From: Phoronis australis
Taxonomy: Eukaryota; Animalia; Phoronida
Reading direction: 5' to 3'
Length of the DNA: 64,000 nt
Assembly: GCA_002633005.1 (NCBI GenBank)
Contig: NMRA01000087.1
Location: 883,990 to 947,989 of the forward strand
A program made the position numbers and the translations under genes. The first letter of the stretch is position 1; each line of letters starts with the position of its first letter. A model generated the notes under the pieces. It was given only the letters and a program-made list of their open reading frames with translations, made no database searches and was not told the origin of the DNA. Shown here in pieces: positions 54,080-64,000 of this stretch.

Positions 54080-57000
54080 TCAAAATTTCCGCGGAGATGT
54101 TGAGGGGCTAATCTCGGGCGGCGAATCCCACTTTTCGTGCAGGACACCTGGTGCCAGGTTAATTATCTGCACATGCATCGCCTGAAGTTTCTCATTCTTG
54201 GGTGGGATGGTGTGAGAGTTGAATTCCACCACATCTCCCTCCTTGGGAACGTATTCTCCTTCGATACTGCAAAGAAAACCAACATAATAACTGGACCAGA
54301 GAGCAAAATGTACCATATTCTTGGACACTTTCAGTGAAGACATCTGCCATAAACTAAATTCTACCTCACCTTTGACTTTACTTAACCTGTCTATAAACAT
54401 GTGAAGGTGTTTCTATGGAGAAATGCTCTAATTTGAGGAGGCCAGCCTCCCGTTCAGTAATGCTAGGACCTCGTTAAAAAGCAAGACTTCGCGAGATTAC
54501 ATGAGATATTGCCTTGCATTTTAAATGAGAACACATGACTTTGACTAGGTTTTAGCTAGGTCCTAGGGTCTACTTAACGCACGGCAGGTTTTAGCAGTCA
54601 TGGTTATAGCAATGACCAGGCATACAACTTCTGATAAATCAAGAAATGTCAACCCAAGACAATAAACTGATACCACTGTGAACATGGATGTATACCAAAT
54701 GAGCTTATCCTGGGATTTATTTTCCCAATCATGTTCATTCATAGTGTTTCACTTCGTTCAGCTTTAAAATAACCAAAAGACAACAGATTTAACACTGACT
54801 CTAGCAGAGCTCAGGAACTTTAAGCAGTTGAGTTACAGGGGTTAATCTTGTGTATTCTGACAGAGGGTATTTCCATTTACATAACATAGGATCAATCGGA
54901 TGTGCCCTAATTTGAGAAGTCGTGGTTGTAGTGATCATGGTAACATCAATGACAACACATACAACTAGGTTGGCCGTTCTTTAGTCAAGAAATGTCAGTT
55001 ACTTAAGCTTCAGAACTTCCAAGTCACACTAACAATGAATTCTTAAATTGCTTACGGCATGAAAATCAATCTGCAGTGTTAATATTCAACATTTCAGCTA
55101 TCACCAGCATTATATCGTACGGTGTCCAACATTCCCAGGGGAGTTGGGATTCCAATTTACCATATCACTGGGTACATAGAGTGAAAAACGTCCATTTGGG
55201 TTGATTTTTGGGCAATAACTTTTCATTAAGAAATATTTTACTAATAATACCTGACATAGAAAAGGCTTTCTGAAAAAAGAAAGAAAGAGTGCTGTGTTGT
55301 TGAGTGAATTTAGTTGGCGAAAAAAATCATATCTCTGGCAGAGCATGCCACCCATAATTCTGAGAATCCCTGCCAGTAAATCTCCAGTTAAATGCTTACA
55401 CACAGACAAAATAGTGACTACACAAATTCCATTACAGCTCTGAGCTAGATGCATTCATACTTTTAAACAAAACACTACAGCAAAATGGCACCAATTGGGG
55501 ACTCAAACTAAGTGACGAGTGATTTATGTGGAAAAGATAAACACCAAATAAATGCAAAAAAGCATTTAAAGACTTCCACTATAGCCATCATCTGACAATG
55601 ATTTTGAGTAACTGTGGGCTTTCACAACAATTTCAGAAGCCTTTGAAAAATTAAAAAGATCCAATTTAGCAAATTACTTTAATTTGTCCGGAATTGGTGA
55701 GATTTTTTTTGTGGTTGTGTTTTCTACTGAACACATACAAGTGAATTGCTCTCATCTATGCAGTGAGCCACTGGGCTCACAACAGCAACAGAGAAACAAC
55801 AACTGCAAAAGGCTCTGTCAACAGGTGTCGTTAAATAATGCATGTCTACCATTTAGAAATTTATTGTTCAGCAAGACAGCACCACCTTTATCATAACGCA
55901 GATACGTACGGGTGATAAGCATGGGGTGGTTTTAACATACAACTAAACAATGGTCAAATCTATGTTAAATACACCACTGGCTATTAACCTTTAGAGCGCC
56001 TGTTTGCCTAATTGACAAATGAAGGGGTAGCGTATGTTTTTAGTCGAACGAAATTATGGTAGAAGTAGTAGAAGTTGACAAAAATGTCGACAAAAATGAC
56101 AAAAGTTTGAAAAGCAGTGAATTAAAAATATTAGAAAAAACAATGTCTAGCTTCTTCTTCTCAATAATAACTGAGATTAATTGAAGTCTTGTGTTATCAC
56201 TATATTTATTTATTTATTTATTTATTATTGTGATATTTAAAATGAGGGTGGCCTCTTCAGTGATAGCACTGCTTTCCAAATCAGGCTGTTCAATGTGTTC
56301 AACTAAGTTATGGATCACAGATTACGCTTGTAAAACAGATTTAATTTTTGTTGTACAAGTTGCACAATAATCCTCCTGTTGCCAGGCAATGGTTAACTTG
56401 AATGTCACTATAATTAATGTAGAGAGAAGAAAGCTCCCTCGCACTAATCTCCGCCTTGAGTATAATCAATGGAAACATAGCCCTGCATGTAATCCAATTT
56501 GTTGACAGTACTAACGCTACTCTTTACACAACATGCCCTCACTGTGAGTACGCAGATAAACCAATGTCTGATCAGTTTCACAAAAAAAAGCCAAAATTAT
56601 TCTTTCTTCATTTTTCAAAGGTACTAACACTGCTACAAAAAAAAAAAACGTTTGCTAGCAGCCAAGGTAGAGAACTTAAAAACCATGAACAATTCATTTT
56701 ATGCTGAAACTGCATTTCCACCAGTTTACCTGGCTAAACCACGAAAATCAAATTAGGCCTTTTTCTCTTACGTTATTCTTTACTGTGATGAGATTCCATT
56801 TCTGTTTCAAACTTGCAATTTTAAGGTTGGCCAACCCCAACCAAGACTGAAGCATTTTCTTGGGTCACCGATATTTCAATGTTCTTATAGGACACAGAAA
56901 TAGAATCTTATCCAAAGGAATATTAGGAGATCAATCATATGAGAGTATAAGGCTAGCCAAACAGGGTGAAATGCGTGTTTAACTAACCTTTTATGAAAAA

Positions 57001-60000
57001 CAAAAACAAAAACAAATGAAATTTCACTAGTCTACCATATTGAGTCCTAATTTGGTGAGACCACCAAGTCATTTTTGACACCCATACAAGCAGACAGTCA
57101 GACAATACAGAATCAGAGTATTTGGGTGCTTAGTATGACGTCATTTTGACATTTGGACCTATTCAAAAATATTAGAATGCCAAAACTAAAAACAATAATA
57201 TTAATAAGGCCAAATTTGTGTAGTACTGTAAATTACTAGGCACATAGAAAATTATTATCTGGCCATGGACATGGTCAAGCGTAATCTTTCTCAAAGTCTA
57301 TTCACATCAAATAACCAGTCAAAAAACATATAAAAAATCCTAAACTAAGGCAATTCTCATTTTTCTATTGGATGGCTAGTAAAGAACTGACGTAAGCCTT
57401 CTCAATGCCCCAGGAGCATACAAAGGGTACAACCATTGTCAGAGCACACCCATTAATACAAACACATAATTTTGTAAAAGAAAATCAAGTGCTAAATTGT
57501 CTCCGGGTTACCTGAATTGCAAAAAAATCCCAAGATCCGTAAAATTTTTGAAATGTGATGTGACTGTGCATTTCTGTTCCTATCTGTAGGTCCACATTGT
57601 GTCATACAAGTGGCAGATACATCCTCACTAAACATTCGAATGCGTTCCTTATAAAATACAAGGCTTGATTTGGCGACCTGCATCTCGCCAATTTGACCCT
57701 CAGATTTTGTTTTGCAACACGGTAAAAGTCTCAAGTCGCCACAAAATCACGAGTTGCAACCAAGTCAGAAGTCAGCCAAGTAAAAATCGCCTGAAATTCA
57801 TTTCAAAATTTGTGGAGTCTCCCGAAATTTACAAATTCTTCTGTGAAATCAGTAGCATCTACCACCCTCAACACACATCGGAGCACATGCTCAAATTACA
57901 GCAGGAAGTAAATGGACATGAATCGGAATTGATCGGCAAAAACTGACAATGGTTGCACTTGACTGACAGTTACATTCGATCAAACGGCTCAGAAATCTGA
58001 TTGGTCTGCTTTCTCCTGAGGTATGAGCTGAATGGCAAATCGATCTATCACTATTTTTCCAATTTACTACAACAAGGACACAGTAGGACTTTCACAATTT
58101 CTTGCGTTTGCAAGCACATTATATTTTTCCATTTGGCGACCTGGGAATTTCGCCAGGTCACATTTGGCCAGTCCATGTTATGCTAAGAGTCGAACCCTGA
58201 AATAGAAACCCCAGTTCAATAGTGCTGACCCAGGGGGGAAGTAGACTCCAGCACTGGGAAGCTACAAACCACAGTCACACTTGGCATCTGATTGGTGATT
58301 GGCTGGAAATCCAAGTCATGAATACATTAACCCATTTTACATCCCAAAAGTAAGTCAACCAAAATAAACAATGGTGGCATTCCTTTTAATTAGTATAATC
58401 CCAATATATTTTTGCCAGTTCCAACAGCCACTTTCCTGCCACTGGGTTTCTTCTGAAGTTGGCGATTCCAATTATATTTAGCCCTGGTACTCAAGGTTGG
58501 TATTTCTGTAATGTGTGCGCCAGTTAATTCTGTCTATTTCAGTCAACCCCAATGGATGACTTAATCTTCACTAGGAGACCGTGTTTTTAAGAACTGAATA
58601 AACTCAGCACCAAAAGCAATTCCGCATAATGGGTAAGGGAGCCACCACGTGATTAATCATTTGTGCCACCCTTGCTTGGCTGGTGCCATCTAGTGATTTT
58701 CACTTCCCCACCACTGTGTTACCGTATTCGCCGTAATAACCGCCCAGGGCGCTTAGAAAAGCTCGGTTCAGGGGGGGCGCTTATTATAACCCAAGGCGGT
58801 TGAAACCCGGTCTCCGAAACGGGTGAAATCGGAAGCTAAGATTCATCAAATTTACGCTCTGTGATGTATATGTAATCTATGAAAGACTTTCAACAAAACT
58901 GTGGTGCATTGCTATCAAACTTTGCTGCTAAATTGCGATCATTTTACAGAAAATTGTGCTGAAATCCCAGGGCAAAAACTTGCCGACTGACTTCAATGCT
59001 TAAATAAAAATGGTTTCGACTCAAAGCAAATTACCTGAAATCCTCATTAAGTTTTATAAGTAGCGTCTCTAAGATTTTTTTAGTTCCCGTGGAGTCTGGA
59101 TCAACGGCAGGTTTAAGTACAAATCTGTGCAAGATCGTGCCATCTACATGTATGATCGGCAACACGGCGAGAAAAATGTCTGGACGAACACACATGTTGT
59201 GACGTTTGTTTTGAAGTTCGTCTGCGAGTAAGCGAGTGCGTGCGTGTCACTAGAGTTCGTTTGCCAAAGCAGAGACCGTCTTTTGGCCAGAGCTACGCAA
59301 TCTAACTAGCTAGATGTGTCTAAAGAAATTTGCACAAGCAGTAGGCATAAACCAGAGCGTGTTTCATTCAGCACTTGCTGGTCTCATGCTAAAAACTTTG
59401 ATTCGACATTTATCTCGGTAAGGCCCATATTAGTCGCCGTGTAGCTGGATACGTACGTACCGGTAACTATCTGACAGTTATTTTTCGGTGTAAGGGTGCG
59501 TAAGCATTCACTGTCAGTTGTCATTTTATCGGATATTCAGCTTAAAAACACCAATTATGGTTCATCAAACAATCCATCTAAAAATAACGCAAACATATTT
59601 TATAGTATTAGAAATTGTCGGAAATTAGTGCCAATATTCATTTCTTGCCGATGCTATGCTACCCGTTTCATGAATGGATAGTTCCCGACTAATGTCTTTG
59701 ATGACAGGTTCATATATGTAGCACGCACTTCCTGGCCATGTGCGTTTAACACCGAGTTATTTTTATTCATGAGACAATCGATGTGCCTACTGAAAGGTCA
59801 GACCATAGTGGGACACGGTCGTCGCGAGAGGGTAGCAACGCTGTTGCGTTCTTTTTGAAGCGCTGCGTTACTTTGAAGTGTAAAGTCACAGCTAAATACA
59901 AACGTAGCAGTGCCGCTGGTGGTCTAGAAGACCCGTGCAAAAATTTTTTTGATAAATTGAAGACGTTACTGTAGCCGAGTTTTAGGACTGTAGGTACATC

Positions 60001-60671
60001 ATTGTTCGCATGTACGCGTTCATGGACTGGGCACTTATTTCAGCAAAGTCTGAAAACGCGTGGGGGGCGCTTATAGGGGCATGGGCGGTTATTACGCCGA
60101 ATACCGTAACTGTTTATTTCATATAACAACGACTCTTCAATGAAAACACGGTGAAAATTCTTCAGTTTTGGGACAGTCAATAAATTTTTCTTGATTTTGA
60201 AGATCAGGTCATGGGCGATTTTGGAATTCACATATTTCTCAACTATTGAGCAACAGAATCTGAAAGGAGACTTTGTAGTTTATAAAATTATAAAAAATGG
60301 CCACCAATGCTACATTTTCATGAGTCCTCATAGTGTGAAACATCGAAGCGAATCATCAATTGTCACTGATTGTAATTCATGAATTTGGATGGCAAAGTAG
60401 TGCCTATTTCTAAAATTTGGTACAACCTCATCCCTTGACAAAACAATTTTTCTTTGTCCCAAACTGGAGAATTTTTACCGGAAGTATTTAGTTTGAGCTC
60501 CAATAGCCAATTTTATTCTTTAATGACATATAAGCACACACTTACTCAGAAATATGTACAAAAAGCGGTTCCTGCTTCGAGTTTTCTGGTACGATGAAGC
60601 CGTGTCCAGCGTTGCGACAGAAATTCTTCACAACACCTCGTTCCCGACGGGTGTCTTTGGCTTTTTCAGAC
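54080..60671 (-). CDS. CARHSP1: Calcium-regulated heat-stable protein 1 / CSDC2-like cold-shock-domain protein, 5'-partial (last two coding exons)
   Basis: Exon 60671-60546 (SEKAKDTRRERGVVKNFCRNAGHGFIVPENSKQEPLFVHISD; RNP1 GHGFI, RNP2 LFVHISD) splices in phase (GA|T) to exon 54266-54080 (IEGEYVPKEGDVVEFNSHTIPPKNEKLQAMHVQIINLAPGVLHEKW...stop). EGEYVP and IPPKNEKLQA are hallmark CARHSP1/CSDC2 motifs. No start-codon exon was found in the window, so it presumably lies beyond 64000. Confidence 0.93.
56705..56982. mobile_element. Short MITE of the same TTAA family
   Basis: GCATTTCCACCAGTTTACCTGGCTAAACC ... TAGCCAAACAGGGTGAAATGCGTGTTTAA, containing inverted copies of the family blocks (TTGCAATTTTAAGGTTGGCC, AAGCATTTTCTT). 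Confidence 0.55.
57659..58199. mobile_element. About 540-bp MITE, CA(A/G)GG...CCCTG ends, 5-bp TSD (hAT-like)
   Basis: TIR CAAGGCTTGA / TCGAACCCTG, AAATA on both sides (57654-58, 58200-04), and subterminal TTGGCGACCTG/TCGCCA motifs at both ends. Confidence 0.65.
58722..60106. mobile_element. Non-autonomous Tc1/mariner-type DNA transposon, about 1.4 kb, in CARHSP1 intron
   Basis: TIRs CCGTATTCGCCGTAATAACCGCCCA ... TGGGCGGTTATTACGCCGAATACCG (2 mismatches), TA on both sides, subterminal GGGGGCGCTTAT motifs. Same terminal style as 28624-31047. Confidence 0.85.
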
Positions 60672-63005
60672 CTGCAAAACAAGTGATTCCTGAAAAGTCT
60701 TTCAGTGTGTAGGTAAGGATGTAGATTTACATGCAGATGTGCAGTTGTGGCAGGGCATTGATGGTCGAACAACAATCGGACAAATTGTCACAAGTGCCTA
60801 TGCAACAACTAAGCTCAGGTCTTCGAAGGAAGTGTAATCAGCCCCCCATCAACTTTTTCCCAGTGCAAATGCCTTGTGTGAACTGATAGTGTCAAGGTCT
60901 GCAGGAAGTAATTATCAGCCACATTCTTGTTTACTAATAGTTTCATGTGGATGCAGTAATATCTCACCAATTTAAGACACAATATGGCAAACAAGTAAAA
61001 TTTCATTTGACATTTTCTGTAAACATTTTGTAGCACCAAATTACATGATTTGCCAAGTTCAAGTTCTGAAAAATAATTAACATTAACATTACAATGCGTT
61101 TCAAAATAGCCAGCATTCACAACAATAAAAAACTTTGAAAAATACAAAAAGGACGACTCTGACAATTATTTTTGTCATAAATTGGCGAGACTTTTCTATT
61201 CTTTGCTTCAGTGCCAAACGCGCAATGCAACTTTCCTCTAAACCCCTTCCACCTTGACACTGGGAGCAGGTTTGTCAAGGGAACTAGCTGTCTGACGACA
61301 ATTAGGGTCAGGTCGAGCCAACAGAGGGCGCAATCGAGATTACCTCATTATAGCCATGCAACTGAACAAGAATTCACACTGCACAGGTACTTCCACTTGA
61401 CCCAAAACCAATATTCTGGGGAACAAACCAGAATGCTAATCAGGACAATTGTCTTTCTGCTGGTTGCTAAGTTCCTTGTCTGATTCTAATTTCCCTAGCA
61501 ACAACAGCCACTTCTGGTGGCAGGTGCTTTATTCTGAGATAAACAGTTGATAATCACAACATAGTATGTTGTTATAAAGATAAAACCCAGCTGAAGTATA
61601 AGAAAGACTTTTAGGATTTCGGACATAATATAGTGGAAATGTGGAATTTTTTAAACATTTTTTAATAAAGATATTACAACTGAGACAGATTTACTTCATT
61701 AACAATACAGTATGAACAGATCTAACAAAATTTGGACTTTTCAGCAACGTAGTCTCTCAGGAAAATGTGGCAACAGTAACCTACGCTGTTATTTGATGCA
61801 GTCGTTATTTAGGACATTTTTGAACCAAATAACAGAGTTCAGCTTAGTTACTGAAATGTCTTGATATCCATCAGCATGATTCTTTAGCTGTACTCAGAAA
61901 CAACTATTTAAGCACAAGAAGGTATGTTACTTAAGCTAATTTAACCACCCCATCATGCACCAAGATCACTTTCATATATTGTGGATTTGCACTGACGTCC
62001 AGGCATGAGATGAGCATTCCAAGTGGATGCAGGTCAACTGAATTATATTAGGCTATGCTAACTAAACTGCCCAGGTCCAAAAGTAAATGTGTGAATCCAA
62101 TTACCTGAATGCAGCAACCATGGCATTCAATTTCAAAAACAAATTAGGACTCCTTGATAGTGCTTGATGATATAGAAAGTGATAGGTTAGAAAGGTTTCA
62201 TTTTACCCACTACTAAACAAAACAGAAGTAAAGAGAGGTAGGTGCATGATTTAGTGTACCACAGCTGACATAAAATCATACAGATACTGCAATTTGCACT
62301 TGGAAGACACTTAATTACACCTCATAGCATTCCACATTAAAATAAAAAACAACTTTTGCTCCTTAAGAAGAGAGAAAGTTTTATAACTGTTTACATTAGA
62401 GATTACTAACAATTTCAGGATTAATGTCTAATATACACACAATAAATTTGTTAACACTATAAATACAAAATTGTGACATGGGACATTATTGAAAAAATCA
62501 CACCACTTCTATTTATAAACAATACTACCATGCAAAGTGCTGGAATATACCCATAACAACACCGCCAACAGTATGCTTCAAGGTCAGTGCCTGATGCTTA
62601 GCTTCGCGAAAATCCCAGGTAGCCAAATGAAATATGTTATGTCACCATAATTGAGGGTGGCAAATGCACTGATTTCCTGACATAAACAGAACAATTGTGA
62701 ATGAAAGGTATTCAATCTAGGAAAAAGTGTTATTAATTGAAGTTTGAAAGTCACCAGAAATTTTAAAACGAATTTCGGGGCAATTATTTTCCGACTTTGA
62801 TACTCCCTGTGGCGACTGTGGATTTATCCCAGGTAGCCAAACACAATCTGAGGACACATTGGCAAGCTGCAGGTGGCCAAATAAAGCATAAAAATATTTC
62901 CACGTGATCATTGCAATGGGCCCACATGTGAGGCCTGCGCACGTCTGGTACAACGTGTATCAGACCGCCTGCAATTATTTTTTTTTTTAAATAAAGCACC
63001 GAAGC

Positions 63006-63233
63006 CAGAGGCGGATCTACAGGGGGGGGTTCAGGGGGCTTAAACCCCCCCGGGACAGGATCAAAAATAAACATTTGAAAAAACATCGCCAGGAAAACGA
63101 AATTAGCTACAAAAACCAAAAAATCTTACACGAGAGAGGGAATCCCCTCCCCGCCTCCTCCCCACTCGGCGACATGTGCCTCGGATTTGTGCAAATCCTA
63201 AACCGCCTCATTGAAAATGTAGATATGCCACTG
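63006..63233. mobile_element. 228-bp MITE, CAG...CTG ends, 5-bp TSD (hAT-like)
   Basis: TIR CAGAGGCGGATCTAC / GTAGATATGCCACTG. GAAGC lies directly on both sides (63001-05, 63234-38). G/C homopolymer-rich interior. Confidence 0.8.
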
Positions 63234-63419
63234 GAAGCTGTTTATTAATATCTTGTACTACATTAAAACACTGCTAAAGGGGTACAGTTAAATCCATCTG
63301 AAGCAAGAAAAATCCACTTGTCTCCTCGAGAAGGGTATTTGTCAAATTTTGTGAACATCACCAAGGAAAACTTTAATTGCCACAAGAGATCATCACAAGT
63401 ATCAGACTCAATCCAAAAC

Positions 63420-64000
63420 CAATGTTAAAATAAACTATTTTTCTCAAATGGAACACATACACCATATTTCATGAAGATCCATCTAGAAGTTTAGTCGATA
63501 TTGAGGGATAGGCAAAAAAAGTTCGCCACGAGAGGGCACCATAGCAGTTGGACTCAACTGAAATCTACCTCAATACAATCACCTCAATAAAAAACACATT
63601 TTTGAAATTTTTTAATGATCCTCCAAGGCATGCACAAAAAGCTTAATTGCTAATAGGTGCCACCACAATAACTTGATCAGCCCAATAGACAAATTCAGTC
63701 TTCATTCTAATTGTTCTTCAGGTGATTTGGCAGATAGACATAAAATATAAGCCGCCACTAGGAGACACATATTACATAGAATCGATCTAAAAACGGGAAG
63801 GCGTAGTCGTCTACACAATAAAAACCAATTTTCCAAACTTCATAAAAATTCATCAAGGAACTTTGAAGATATAGATGCTAACGCAAAAAAAAAATTAAAT
63901 TAAAACTTGGGGGGAGCAGCGATAGTAAAATCTGCCCAAAAATTCACTTGAGCCGTCCGTCCATAATAGGAACACGTCTTCAAAATTCCACGAGCACCCA
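63420..64000. mobile_element. Degenerate copy of the HINE-like core repeat family, runs off the window
   Basis: Same modules as 10917-12352: ATTTCATGAAGATCC, GCCACTAGG, CCAAACTTCATAAAAAT. Confidence 0.5.

Noticed and set aside
1-64000. Most ORFs in the six-frame track
   Set aside because: They are short, often start at non-ATG codons and have low-complexity or intron-like composition. The real coding sequence is spliced and only partly overlaps a few of them.

Overview
This is AT-rich, intron-rich animal genomic DNA. It probably comes from an invertebrate deuterostome, inferred from the vertebrate-like intron positions and gene order; the species cannot be fixed from the sequence. The six-frame ORF track is mostly noise because the genes are spliced. 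Manual exon chaining (GT-AG boundaries plus phase continuity) recovers three genes. (1) SNX14 (sorting nexin 14) on the minus strand: 26 coding exons from ATG 40566 down to 940, with the 3' end beyond the window. (2) A complete 8-exon phosphomannomutase (PMM2-like, 251 aa) on the plus strand, 40795-51220, head-to-head with SNX14 with only 228 bp between the start codons. (3) The last two coding exons of CARHSP1/CSDC2 (cold-shock domain) on the minus strand, convergent with PMM, as at human 16p13.2. The introns carry many non-autonomous DNA transposons: TA-target Tc1/mariner-like MITEs, TTAA Kolobok-like elements with THAP remnants, CAG-ended MITEs with 5-bp TSDs, and Helentron/HINE-like elements. 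The most notable observations are a 42-bp duplication of an SNX14 splice acceptor that creates a stop-containing alternative 3' splice site, a fold-back THAP/Kolobok element in PMM intron 2, mirror-placed identical TGACGTAATC motifs in both first introns around the bidirectional promoter, and a skippable 39-nt SNX14 exon with a downstream RBFOX motif. I saw no CRISPR array, rRNA or tRNA, and no clear evidence of a wholly new multi-gene system.
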